A stretch of DNA of 64,000 nucleotides, taken from Octopus sinensis. Taxonomy: Eukaryota. Position numbers and translations under genes: made by a program. The notes under the pieces are model-generated. The model was not told the DNA's origin and did no database searches. It saw only the letters and a list, made by a program, of their open reading frames with translations. The stretch spans positions 73,594,001 through 73,658,000 of the forward strand of contig NC_043001.1 of NCBI RefSeq assembly GCF_006345805.1. The letters run 5' to 3'. How positions within the stretch are numbered: the first letter of the stretch is position 1; every line of letters starts with the position of its first letter. Shown here piece by piece: positions 1 through 12,478 of the stretch.

Positions 1-111
1 CCATGAGAGCCATTGCTGGTACTGCATCAAGATATTTATTATTATCATCATCATCACCATTGTTGAAGCAGATTTTTCTATATCCAGATGCCTCTCCAGC
101 CATCAGCTTTC

Positions 112-1466
112 ACCATAGTCAACTGCTACAATGGTAAAGGTGATGCTTTAGATACAAATAATTACAGAGGTATCAAGTTGTTGGATCAGGTAATGAAGGT
201 CATAGCCCAACTAATTAGGAAGAGAGTCAGTCTAGATGAGATGCAGTTTGGGTTCGTGCCAGGGAAAAGCACCACTGGTGCTATATTTCTGGTGAAACAT
301 GGGCCATGACTGCTGAGGACATGCGTTAGCTTGCAAGGAATGAAGCCAGTACGCTCCACTGGATGTATAATGTCAGTGTGCATACACAACAGAGTGTAAG
401 CGCTCTGAGAGAAAAGTTGGATTTAAGAAGCATCAGATGTGGTGTGCAAGAGAGACAACTGCACTGGTATGGTCATGTGTTGCAAATGAATGAGGACAGC
501 TGTGTGAAAAAGTGTCACACCCTAGCAGTTGAGGGAACCTATGGAAGAGGTAGTCCCAGGAAAACCTGGGATGAGGTGGTGAAGCATGACCTTCGAACAA
601 TAACTAGTGACCAAAACCTTTGGAGATATGATGTGTTTGAGAAGACCTGACAAACCAAGTGAGACCATAGCCCGTTGCCTATGCCAGTGGGTGTAATCAG
701 CCCACTTATGAATACCCCTCATTCATTGGACAATAAAATTTGCTTGTGAAAACCTATTGAGGCTAGTGAAATCAAAATCAAAATTGCTGGCATGGCCAAT
801 GACAGTACCGCCTGATTGGCACTTGTGCCAGTGGAATGTTAACAGCACATCTGAATGTGGGGTGTAACTAGCCCACTTATGAGTACCCCTCATTCACTGG
901 ACAATAAATTTTGCTTGCAAAGATCTACTGAGGCAAGTGAAATTAAATCAAAATCGCTGATGTGGCCAATAACAGTAATGCCTGATTGGCACTTGTGCCA
1001 GTGGAACATTAAAAGTACATTCAAACTTGATTGGATGTGCTTGATCTGAGCTTGATCGGTTGCCAGGGCCATGCATTGGCTCCCGTGCCGGTGGCACGTA
1101 AAAACTGCCATTCAGGCGTGATTGTTGTCAGTATTGCCTTACCAGCTCATGTGCCACCGGCACGTGAAAAATAACATTCAATCATGGTCATTGCCAGTGC
1201 CACTGGACTGGCTCCCATGCAGGTAGCACGTAAAAAAGCGCCTTTTGAGCTTCATCATTGCCAGAACCACCTGACTGGCCATCATGCCAGTGGCACGTAA
1301 AAGCACCCACTACACTCTTGAGTGGTTGACGTTAGGAAGGGCATCCAGCTGTAGATACTTTGCTAGATCAGATTGAGCCTGGTGCAGCCTTCTGTCTCAC
1401 CAGTCCTCAGTCAAACCACCGTCCAACCCCTGTCAGCATGAAAAGTGGTTGTTAAACAATGATGAT
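112..1466 (+). mobile_element. RTE-clade LINE 3' fragment with internal deletion, tandemly duplicated 3' UTR segment and (GAT)n tail
   Basis: KGDALDTNNYRGIKLLDQVMKV..QFGFVPGKSTT then ETWAMTAEDMR..WYGHVL..GRGSPRKTWDEVV; ends with gatgcccttcctaac-type tail read on + as aagggcatccagc, then gatgat. Confidence 0.88.
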
Positions 1467-1539
1467 ATAAAGATATATATATATATATATGTATGTATGT
1501 ATGTGCGTGTATATATATATTATATATATATTTATATAT

Positions 1540-1800
1540 AAAGTTAATCCAAACATGAAAACACCAAGAGAAAACACAACGCAAGGACGTGGAACAAATA
1601 TAGTATTATTGGACGCTCAGGAAGGAAGGGAAGAAGGAGGGATTTACGTTTCGAGCGGAGCTCTTCGTCAGAAACAGGTGTTACTGGTGAAGGCTCGTTT
1701 ATAGAGTTACCCTGGGTTTCTCACCATAAAGGGTACCTTTATGGCAAGAAACCCAAGGTGACCCTATATACTGGCCTTCACCAGTAACAAATATAAACTG
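1540..1800 (-). mobile_element. Penelope-like terminal-repeat relic with hammerhead core and adjacent long hairpin
   Basis: Minus strand reads CTGACGA-A-GAGC-TCC-GCTC-GAAAC-GTA at 1676-1644, directly 3' of a 111-nt fold-back (1679-1789). Confidence 0.65.
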
Positions 1801-2561
1801 CTCTACTTCTTAGAGTCTGCTTCTCTGGAGTTATGTTTTTCTAAAAAAAAAAACCATATATATATATATATGAAATATAAAATATAATTAAGATTCAGTT
1901 GAATTAGGTGCTTAAATTGAGGCAGCTTGGTATATTATTTTAATATCGAATATCAAGAATCCATGTAGGGGTATTTGTACCAAATATTCCTGTTGTGTGT
2001 GTAGACAATGCAACCCAGAATGTTTTTTTCGAACTGATGTAAACTATCCCTGTGATAATTGTGAATGAGCATCATCACCATACAGGCAATGTTGTTTGTT
2101 TGCAGTCTTCAAGAAAATCTGCGTCAATGAATTCCATCTGACCTATGAAGCATGGAAAAGTAGATTTTAAAATAATGATGAGTAAATATGATTTTCATTT
2201 CAGTTCTTCATCCTGCAGAAGTATACTTTGCTGTTCATCATTTTGAGGTTGATACACAAAGTACTACTCCTTTGATTGGTGGTGTATTGGCAAAATTGTT
2301 AATATTGGATGAGATGGCTTGTATCTCTTCTAGTGGTTTGTGTTCTAAGTTCAAATTCCACCTAGGTATACTCATGGTTAAAACTATTCACCCAATTACA
2401 AGAGCATCTTGATCAATATACAATCAACCAGTGTAGATAAATAGGTCAAGAATGGCATGGTGACATTTTATCCAGCAGTGGACTAAAAATGGTTTGCTGA
2501 GAATATGGAATAAGTGAATCTAATAAAGCAATGTTCGGGTTCAGTTCATGAACTGTGTGTT

Positions 2562-2900
2562 GTGAAGGTGCACGACTTGTCTAGTTGTTAGAGTGTTGCA
2601 CTCATGACTGTAAGATTGTCGTTTTGATGACTGGGTGATCTGTTTTTTCATGAGCAAAACACTTTGTTTCATGTTGCTCCAGTCCAATCAACTGTAAATG
2701 TATAACCTGGTGACAAATTTGCATCCCATTCAGGAGGAATGTTGTAATATGGGTCACTGTGAAAAGTGGGTAACTAGCCCTATAAATCCTAGTGCTTGAG
2801 ACAGTAATGTTCAGTTGTTGATGATATTGTATTGTGGCCTTGAGCAAGGCACTTCGTTTTGTTTCTCCAGTCAATTTAGCTGTAAATAAGTACATGCTGG
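2562..2900 (+). mobile_element. Degraded tRNA-headed SINE fragments (two partial copies)
   Basis: gtgaaggtgcac..tagttgttagagtg head and atgagcaaaacactttgtttcatgttgctccagtc body, shared with copies at 16187 and 29533. Confidence 0.6.
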
Positions 2901-2958
2901 ATACTAGTACTGTCCTTTCTTACTCTCTGGCTGTCATCTGGCAGATGTTACACTAGGC

Positions 2959-3281
2959 TAGTGGTTCTCAACCAGGTCCATATAAGTTTCTGATGGGGTT
3001 CGTGCATGCAATATAGTAAATTGGGGCCTAATAGAAGTACATTAAGGGTCTATGAAAAAAGTTTTGCTTTAGATGTATTTATTGCAAGAAACAGCTTGAT
3101 CTCTTTCTCTAATGTTTTACATAACTCAAACTACATTAGTTAATGTGTGATGAACAAAATAGGAATTTTGAAAGAAGTATCTATAAAATTGGTTTTTGAA
3201 CACCAAATGGCTATGGGGTATCCACCAGAATAAAACAGTAATCTAATGGGTCCATAGAAAAAAAATGGTTGAGAATCATTG
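2959..3281. mobile_element. hAT-type MITE
   Basis: TIRs TAGTGGTTCTCAACC / GGTTGAGAATCATTG; 8-bp TSD cactaggc / cactagac (7 of 8 identical). Confidence 0.85.
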
Positions 3282-4294
3282 CACTAGACCAAAGATAAAG
3301 GAGTCAAGAGGGTATCTGTTCATTATGACACAGGTACATAAAAAAACTAGTGAAAGCATGGTACATGTTACCAAGCCATACCCACTCACAAGTGATGGCT
3401 GGCTGTATTTGAAAGGAGAGCAAGTATACATCTCTCTTCGGTGTGATCTTTATTTTCAAAGAGGATAGGGTATACTGCTGGTGAATCTTGGGAGGGTCAT
3501 TATGCCAATAATAAACACATGCACTGGTTCTATTTCACTTCTTTATTTTAATATGTTAACTGGTTGACCATTCAAGCAACTAACTAATCAATTGATTAAT
3601 TGTTTGGTCAATCAGTCAGCTAGGTTTGTCAAAGTCCTTTCGTCATCATTCACAACCTCATCAATCACGTGCCCTCTCTCAGAAATAACTCCAATAAAAT
3701 ATTCCAGTAAAATCTATTTAAAAATTCATGTTTTGTCACCAATTTATTTCCATTCCTGTACATATATGTCATATAAATGTTATTTCTAGATTTTCATAAA
3801 TATTCATGAAGTACTTTTGACATTTTTTTTAGGAAACAACACAAAATAAAACAAAAGACAAGTTTTGTATAAATTGGTTTTAATATTTTCAAAGAAATAT
3901 ATTCAACATGTTTAATATTAACAAAATTGATCACAACCAATAAAAAGATAAAATTCTGATTTATAAAAACATTCTTTTTTTTTTAGTTATAATTGTAAAC
4001 CATATTTTATTAAATCTCATTTTGATAATTAAACCTGCCTCGGTATTGTTTAAAATGGATGAAGAAAGAACATATACATACATGAAAACACACCCACACA
4101 CACATATGCATATACATATACACGTGCACATACACATAGTGATGAATTTTGGTAGGAAAATGTGGGTCAATGTATTTGAAAAAAAAAAGATTAAAAAAAG
4201 ATTAAGTAGAGACCAGTAAAATTTTAATAATATTAATCTTCTGGAAGGATTTGAATTTCAACATTTTAAGGGGGAAAAAAAAAAAAAACCTAGT

Positions 4295-4430
4295 TTAACC
4301 CTTTTGCTACCATATTTCTGCTGAAATACACAGTCTTTGTCTCAATTAATTTTGAAAATAATAAGAAATTTGTTAATATAACTTTGTCATTATTGATATA
4401 GCATTTGGAATATAAATTGCAGTATTTTTG
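4295..4430. mobile_element. piggyBac-type (TTAA-CCCTT) MITE, partial
   Basis: ttaacccttttgctaccatatttctgctgaaataca..caattaattttgaaaataat; homologous to 5740-5945, 6543-6975, 24715-25475, 31840-31990. Confidence 0.7.
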
Positions 4431-6542
4431 AGGCATAAAAATTAATTTTCCAGACCATCATTATCATCATTGTTATTATTATACTCAGGGTTGATAAATT
4501 AAGTACTAATGAAACATTGAGGTCGATGTAATTGACTAGTCCCTTCCTACCAAATTTGAAGCCTTTTGCCTCCAGTTGAAAGGATTATTATTATTATTAT
4601 TAATTCAGGTTTTGTTGGAGCTCCTTGGGTCTTGCATGTGTAGTGGGATTGGTACCTGCAGTCTACAATACCACAGTATCTGTTCTTTTCAGTTAATACT
4701 TTCTTGATATTATTATTAATTATTATCATTAAACATTGATATTAATTAAAAACTAGCTACATAATAGTTATTTAGTAGATTAATAGCTGCTTATAGTCAT
4801 TTTCCACCAAGAAATTATATTTGGAATACTATGAGACAATGGAGAAACTCTATGAGGTCATTTATCATGCTAAAAATAACAGCGAAACTTCTCTCAAATC
4901 ATACACATTTTCAAAATGAAGACCTAAATACACTATTTGAAAATAAGATAGGATGATTATAACTGGAATGCTTTTAATCATAGGTCTATTGAATCAGGCC
5001 TGGCCTGTGGTTAAACAACAATGGAAGACAAGATGTAAAATAATTAAAAAAATTACCATCCTGAAATATAACAATAATCAACATCATAGTAAATTTAGTG
5101 GAAAACTGGAATAAATCTCCAGAAATATGCTTAATATGATTTTATTATGGGACTAATTTACTCAGACAGTAAAATGATATATAACAAAGAAATACATAAA
5201 ATTCATTGGTTGGCTGAATCTCAAAATACATAGGGATGGGATGGTGGTGGGCCAGTATATAAGAGTAGATTGTATATTCCATGGTAACTTAAAGATGAAA
5301 GATTAAAGTTTGAAATATACAGTGTAGAATTAGTTGTTTAGTCCCAGATCAGAACTGACCAAGAAGATCTGTGGATAAAGGTAAAGGACTTTCAAACATA
5401 ACATCTCATAATTTTTTAAGCATAGTTCATCCTGTACCACACTATTCAATGTGTTCCCCACAACTTTTATTTTTGTTAAGATAGTAGAGTGTGATTTGAG
5501 AGAAATTTTGGCTGTTATTTCTAGCATGTTGGGCAGTTGCATAGGGGTTTTCTCACTGACTCATTATATTTATTGTGTGTGTGATTTGAGAAACTATAGG
5601 AAGATTTTGACAGAGATGTAAGAAAACAGAAAATAAAGTTAATGTGAAGGAAAGAGGGTGTGTGTGTGGGTGGGGAGTAATACCTAAGAGAAGAAATTTG
5701 AGAAACAGTTTCTTCAGCTCATTTGATGACCAACCCACTCAAGGACTGACCCTGGTTCTATGATACTTCTTTTTCAAAGTGATCTAAATTAAAACCTTCC
5801 ATCAAAATTTCATGTAAATTTATGTTCCAAACACCAGGTGAATAATGACAAAGTTATTTTACTATAAATTCTTCATTATTTTCAAAATTAATTAAAAAAC
5901 AAAAAGACAGTGTGTATCAACAAAAATATGGTAACGAAAAGGTTCACCACACATTCACATTTGTTATTTCACTTTGACATTATTTGTACAAAAATAATCA
6001 AGCGATACAGTTATCTTGGGCAAGTATCTTTACCATAACTTCAAGTCAACAAAAGGCTTGTGAATGAAATTTGGTAGAGGGAAGACTTATACAGAAATGC
6101 AGAAGTCCATCAAAAGGACATGTCCTGTTCATGGATGGAGATTTTTTCCAGCAGTCAGTTTAACATTACCATCACAGTGACCACCACTACAACTGGGTTC
6201 TTGGATGTCTTTCATTCAGTCTGCTCTGTTGCAAGCATTTAGACCAAGTTACCCTGTTTGAGGATAACTTTTGTCCCTCCCTCTCTCCCTCCCACAAGTC
6301 TCAGAGGTCCTGAAAAAGATCAAAAGTACTGGCCTTTCTCTTCTGACAAAGCCAGAAAAAACAACAGCAAAAAAGATAATGAAACTTGAGCGACACCCCA
6401 CATGTATGAATGTCATTAGACTCATAAATATTTCCCTTTCACAAAGTAATTTTCGTCAGGTGGCCATTTAGAAAATCCTGCTGGCAGCAATTTGCCTATG
6501 ACTACAATAAACCAAGAAAATATATCTTACAGTTATTGTTAT

Positions 6543-6975
6543 TTAACCCTTTGCTACTATATTTCTGCTGAAATGCACAGTCTTTGTTTCAATTAATTAC
6601 GAAAGTAATGAAGATCATGGGATTGCACCTAGAAAGTTACCCTCCAAGGCATAAGTTCAGGCAAGGTTGTTTATGGAAGATCAGCAATCACCCATGCATA
6701 CCAGCCTCCCCTCTCCATGCCACTGACGTTTATCAAGGGAAGGGCACAAGCTGATACAGCTTGGCACCAGTGACATCATAACTCATTTCTACACCAGAAT
6801 GAACAGAAGCAACATGAAATAAAGAGTCTAGCTCAAGAACACAACACACAACCCGGTCTGAGAATTGAACTCACTACCTCATGATTGTGAACCTGATGCT
6901 CTAACCACTGAGTCATGCACCTTCACAAAATAAAGATAACTGTCATTATTAAGTTTGTGTTTGAAATACAATTGA
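6543..6975. mobile_element. piggyBac-type MITE interrupted by a SINE
   Basis: Starts ttaaccctttgctactatatttctg, breaks near 6613, resumes aaaataaagataactgtcattattaag at 6927. Confidence 0.65.
6614..6926 (-). mobile_element. tRNA-headed SINE with conserved GC-rich central domain
   Basis: Reverse complement of the family at 29533-29867 (ggtgccaagctgtatcagc..ggagaggggaggctggtatgcatgggtgactgctg). Confidence 0.8.
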
Positions 6976-7285
6976 TTGCCACTGCATCGCTTATGATGAC
7001 AAGGGTTCCAGTTGATCTCATCAACAGAACAGCCTGCTCATGGAATTAACATGCAAGTGACTGAACATTCCACAGACACACATACAGTGAGATTAAGTGT
7101 GACACACATAACGTGACAAGGCTGGCCTTTTGAATTATTGACACAACTCATTTTTGCTAGCTGAGTAAACTGGAGCAATGTGAAATAAAGCATCTTGCTG
7201 AAGGACAAAATGCACCACTGGCAATCAAACTCATGACCTTATGATCATAGCTGAATACCATAACCAGTTAGCTACGTGCCCTGGA
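6975..7285 (-). mobile_element. SINE, second family (ccagttgatc..aacagaacagcctgc body)
   Basis: Homologous to the copy at 7745-8045; tRNA-like head on the minus strand. Confidence 0.7.
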
Positions 7286-7319
7286 ATATAAATTTTAGAC
7301 AGGGTGCACAACTCAGATA

Positions 7320-7590
7320 TTAGGTAATCTTTCCCGGTTGAGCAGCTACTTCTCGTTGAGAGGTCACTACTTCAGTGTTACGGAGATGTCATTAGAATGT
7401 CGGAGGAAAGGATGACAAGATGGATTCTTCAAACCAAGTCAATCAGCAGCAAACCAAAGAGTAGACCAAGAACAAGATGGTTGGATAATAACCAAAGTCA
7501 TGTTTGGGAATCTAGCAGGAAAGTATAATGATGGTTGCTTCTGATAGTACCCTATGGAGGAGGTATCTGAAGACTCTATCACCATGATAG
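7320..7590 (+). mobile_element. RTE-like LINE RT C-terminal fragment
   Basis: Translates as YGDVIRMSEERMTRWILQTK..KSRPRTRWLDN..LWRRYLKTL, a typical RTE C-terminus. Confidence 0.6.
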
Positions 7591-7644
7591 AGAAATACTG
7601 CTATACCAGGCCAACCTGTGGCAAAGGCGGAGCAAGCCCCTAAC

Positions 7645-7733
7645 TCATACGGCCATATCACGTTGAAAACACCGGTTCTTGTTTGATCACTGAAGTTAAG
7701 CAATGTCGAGCCTGGTTAGTACTTAGATGGATG
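7645..7733 (+). pseudogene. 5S rRNA-derived fragment (first ~89 nt; 3' arm missing)
   Basis: tacggccatatcacgttgaaaacaccggttcttgtttgatcactgaagttaagcaatgtcgagcctggttagtacttagatggatga follows the metazoan 5S consensus through box A and box C, with CpG-decay substitutions. Confidence 0.88.
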
Positions 7734-7744
7734 ATACAGAAATA

Positions 7745-8045
7745 CTGTATGGCCAGGCACTCTATCAGTTATAATGATGAGTGTTCCAGTTGATTTGATC
7801 AATGGAACAGCCAGCTTGTGAAATTAACTTGCAAGTGGTTGAACACTCTACAGAGTGTAGTACTTAATGTAGTCCTCAAGGAGATTCAGCATGATACACT
7901 GAATGTGACAAGGCTGGCCCACTGAACTACAGGTACAACTTATTTTTGTCAGCTAAGCAGACTGGTGTAATGTGGGAAAACATGTCTTGATCAAGGGCAC
8001 AACATGCTGCTGGGAATCATACTCATGATCTTATGATAGTGAGTA
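7745..8045 (-). mobile_element. SINE, second family
   Basis: Homologous to 6975-7285. Confidence 0.7.
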
Positions 8046-9589
8046 GATGGCAACAATGGATGTACAGACGGATGAAATTTTGGAGAAATATTTTAATTTA
8101 GATCACTCTAAAACAGAAAGTTTATATTATAGAATGAGGGGCAGTTTAAGAAGGGTTGGTAATTTGATTTATAAAACATGATCAATTCCTCAATTAGGTA
8201 ACACAGAGCTATGAAGAATGAGAGACGGAGGACATGGCTTTTCAAATGATTTTTTTAACAAACACATTAAAATAGAAAGTAAAATTCATTAAGACCAGGA
8301 ATTGGAAGTTAGTGAAGGATAATGCTTCACTATGATTTTAGTATTGTCTCATATAAAACAAATAAAAAATAGATAATATAGATTTATAACATCAAAATAC
8401 ATGAATACAGGCTTAAAAAATAACCAAAAAAACCCCAGTTATATATAACAAGACTATTTAAATTTCAATTTCTATATTAATATTAAAAACAAATACCTTA
8501 AAATATTTCATTTATAAACAAAAATAGAATATATGAATACATATATACATACATACATATATATATATTAAAAAATTATATAAAAATATTTTTTCCTATA
8601 ATATAAATCACATGATGCTGTGATATTGAAAACCATTATAAGAAATTTACAATTTTTTCCAACCAGACTAGAGTATTAAAAGGTTGATTTTTTTATACAT
8701 ATTCCCTTTTAAAAATTTTTTATTTTTATTCATGCATTTTATGATTTTTTTGTTAACAAGTCCATAAGAATGGGTGATAAATTTTTGTGACCAGAAAATC
8801 TCTCAGGGTAAATTTGCTCTAAATTGGTAAATCAGACTGTCAATAGAGAATTGTTACATCATCATCTAGTTTCATGCCAGTTTCTTGGTATCTTTATTGA
8901 TGTTTGGTATTCATTGGACAAAGGATTGAACTACTAGCTAATTGGTTAATAATTGATATCAATATATCAATATATGATGTACTTGTGGCCAAGATATTTA
9001 AACACAGGTTGGTTTGGTTCACTGACGTGTTGACTTCAGATCCTTCAATAGATATAGCTTGCAATAAAATGTACTGTCCCAGTACAGGCTTGATCCTTGC
9101 AGTAAAACAGACTCTGACAGTATAGATTTGAGATCCATCTATAGATAAAGATTGTAGTAAAATGGAATGTGACAATATAGGCTTCTATAGATAAAGCTTG
9201 TAATCCAGTGGACTCTGCCAGAATACATGTGATTTATACAAAGTGCATGAAAACCACTTTCTAAATGATTTCCAAGAATTCAAGCAGTTACAAAACCCCT
9301 TTTGTAATGACTGTATCATAAACCAACTTTGTAGTTATACTGACTATTTGAGACTAGAATACAGTAATAGCATACGGAAATATTTCTTTATATTAAAAAA
9401 TTTGATAAGTTATAATTTTCAAGAAACTGTCAAGAAGAGAGTGGTTAAACAACACAAACACACATGAATATAAGCAGTAACATTATTTTTTTCTATTATG
9501 TAGACTTACTCAAAATTAAAAGCAGCATCTCTTACACTATTGAAGAGTCACATTAACCATTTACATTACATACACTTTCATTTATTTCT

Positions 9590-9818
9590 TTAACATTCTA
9601 GCATTTAAACTAGCCATGTGTAGTCAAAATATTCTGCTTGTTCTATGTTTAAATTGACCAGATCCAGCCACTGACACCTATCCTATTATGTCACCCTAAA
9701 AATAAACAATCACAACATTAAAATCTTAAATCCATAAGATAATACACGATTAACTCAAAACAATGAGAATAAATAGACAATACATTTGACAGAGTAATCT
9801 GAATGCTAAAAGGTTTAA
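9590..9818. mobile_element. piggyBac-type MITE, family 2
   Basis: gcatttaaac..gtcaaaatattc..ttgacagagtaatctgaatgctaaaaggtttaa; homologous copies at 34158-34385, 59409-59621, 60848-61074, 62838-63065. Confidence 0.75.
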
Positions 9819-9942
9819 TATATCAGATAACCCTAAACTGGCAAATTTGGTCTAATTACTCTACCAGTTATTTGTTCAAACAGGCCAGTCTAGCCTCTCA
9901 CACCTACACTTCAAAGTCATTCTAAAACTAAACAATATAGAC

Positions 9943-10300
9943 ATAGGAGTGGCTGTGTGGTAAGTAGCTTGCTTACCAACTACATAGTTCCGGGTTCAGT
10001 CCACTGCGTGGTACCGTGGGCAAGTGTCTTCTACTATAGCCTCAGGCCGACCAAAGCTTTGTGAGTGGATTTGGTAGATGGAAACTGAAAGCCCGTTGTA
10101 TATATGTATATATGTATGTGTGTGTGTATATGTTTGTGTGTCTGTGTTTGTCCTCCCAACATCGCTCGACAACCGATGCTGGTGTGTTTACGTCTCTGTA
10201 AATTAGCAGATCGGCAAAAGAGACCGATAGAATAAGTACTAGGCTTACAAAGAATAAGTCCTGGGGTTGATTTGCTCGACTAAAGGCGGTGCTCCAGCAG
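9943..10300 (+). mobile_element. tRNA-derived CORE-like SINE
   Basis: A box tggctgtgtggtaag, B box ggttcagtcc, core gggcaagtgtcttctactatagcctc, internal (TG)n, tail ggggttgatttgctcgactaaaggcggtgctccagca. Confidence 0.85.
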
Positions 10301-10436
10301 TGCTCTAACATAATCTTACATTAACCAATACCTTACGAGTGGGAAAAATGGAAACTGTGTGTAAATGTCAAAATAATGTTATTATAAAGTACTTTTAAGA
10401 ATAGCAACTAGGCATTTACTGATAGTAGAGTAAAAT

Positions 10437-10442
10437 TTTATT
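10437..10442 (-). terminator. Candidate AATAAA polyadenylation signal for the SLC37 transcript
   Basis: TTTATT on + strand about 1.3 kb past the stop codon in repeat-poor U-rich sequence. Other candidates exist near 9581 and 8720, so the true 3' end is unknown. Confidence 0.25.
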
Positions 10443-11736
10443 GTGAAGATGGAATTAACTGGGGCTTCAAGTTGTACATGCTGATAAGCAAGTCCTAATA
10501 AATTTGATCTTTACTTATATGCCTGTACATGTGTGTGCGTGTGTCTATCTATTTGTCCTCAACTGATATGAAGAAAGGATCTAAAAATCAACAACAAAAA
10601 TAAAATTATAAATTCATTATATAAGCAAATTTTGCAGACTTTGCCTCAAAACTGGAGAGCAAATCTATAGGGGGAGGGTGAGAGAGAGAGAATCAAAGTG
10701 ATGAGGCACAGAGCCTTTAATATGTTCAATGCTATGGGTATTACAAATGAACTGTAAAGGGATCTTGTCAGAATTTACAAATTACATAAAGTGTAATAGA
10801 TGTGACCAAATGAAATTGGTTCAAAAAGTGTGACTTATTCTGAGAGGGACTCACAAGGAATGAATATGAAAAAAATCCTGTTTGAGTAGCAGTAGGTTTT
10901 ACTGATTGAAATTACTATAGTTGGGTATAGCAACAGAAGCTATTGAGACACCTGAATTTAGTATATTCTTAAAAGGATTAGTGTGGGTAATGAGAGGATT
11001 ATATGTAAGTTACAAGAAAAGATCTTGAACTCAAGTCAGACAAAATCAGCCAATGAAGCAAATAATATACTAAGCAATAAGTACAGGATATAAGAATCAA
11101 ATGTCGTGATAAATATTACAGTATGCCTGACAATAAACATTCTTTTGTTCACTTGAGATATCAAAATTTCTTTTGAGGAATTAAAAATATAGCAATAAAA
11201 CCTGCACATGCTGTACAATGAAACAAGCTAAAAAAAAAAAAAGGCAGAAAATAAAGTTCTTAAATATAAGTTTGATAATTCTAAAATTAATGACCTTTTA
11301 AGAAATTACAATTGCGCTTTAAAGGAATTTGAATATATAGAATCTTGTAAAGTGAAAAAGTGAAACAAAATAGTTTTTACACAGCCAAATAGCATTACAC
11401 ATCAAAACATGACAAATGTTCCAACTTGAATTACACAAAAACTAATCACAGAGAGATTAGGTTCTGTGATTAGATTTTCTTATTAAAGGTCAATTTCTCA
11501 TTTAAAAAGGCTAAATATTCTATGTAAAGAAAATAGATCATGTTAGATATAAACCTTGATGTATGGTTTATGGAATAATCAAAGAGCATATGCTTCCTAA
11601 CCAATCTATCATATGTCTAAAGAACCATTATTTACATACAATAGAGTTTCTTAATAAGTAGGTGGCTAAAAGAAAAAAAAAAAAGGAAAGGTTAAAAAAA
11701 GAAAGAAGAAGCAATGGTCCATTCTGAAGGATGTAT

Positions 11737-11799
11737 TTATCTTTGTGTCCACTTTCTCTTCGCAACTATTATCTCCTTGAGTGAGACACGTATTAGTAA
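11737..11799 (-). CDS. SLC37A2: SLC37A2-like terminal coding exon m: LLIRVSLKEIIVAKRKWTQR*
   Basis: Very long polypyrimidine tract ending gcttcag, phase 0; resembles vertebrate LLCRLVYKEI; TAA at 11737-11739. Confidence 0.9.
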   Translation of the reverse strand, partial: LLIRVSLKEIIVAKRKWTQR

Positions 11800-12478
11800 C
11801 TGAAGCAAACAGAAGAAAAAGAAAAGAAAAGAATATATATGTGTAACTTTAGTTATTAATTTTATTAAACTCTCAACATTTTAAAATACAGCCGAACCAA
11901 AACACATAGAAATCAAACAATACAAAAAAAAAAAAAAGAAATAAAACAATGCTTGAATGGAATTATTCCTGTAGAGAGGGAAAAATACTCAAAGAGAAAC
12001 ATTAGTCTTTCAACAATTTAATTTTTTTTTTTTTTTTTACAATACCTTGATATCCAAAAAGCAATTTTGTCACACATATTCTATGCATCATAGAAAATTC
12101 CACACATATTCTATGCATATCGTATATTATAAATTTAGATATAAAATAGAATTTTGATTTTGATAATTTCCAACTTTACAAAAAAAAAATTTTTTTTCCC
12201 CTAAAATACAATGATAACAATGAAAAATAAGAAAAATATAATTATCAAATTAGAATGTTATTTCCCTGTTATGAAATACAAACAAACCCCATAACTGTAT
12301 TAACTGACAGACAGCTGTGCAGTTCTGTAACTAAAAGCTTATTGCATAAAGTAGACCAAGAAAGAAAGGTTTTCATAGTAGTTAAAATTCAATGAACCCA
12401 TAATAAGTAAATAAAATGGATGACTTGAAGAAATAAGTGTGTAACTGGGTAAATAAACTTGAGGACTCTGATACTAAA

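Noticed and set aside
7645-7733. Functional 5S rRNA gene
   Set aside because: The last ~30 nt and the Pol III T-run terminator are absent and several paired positions are mutated; kept only as a pseudogene.
12071-12118. 18-bp direct repeat cacacatattctatgcat, twice
   Set aside because: Simple local slippage duplication about 270 bp from the last acceptor, with no sign of function.
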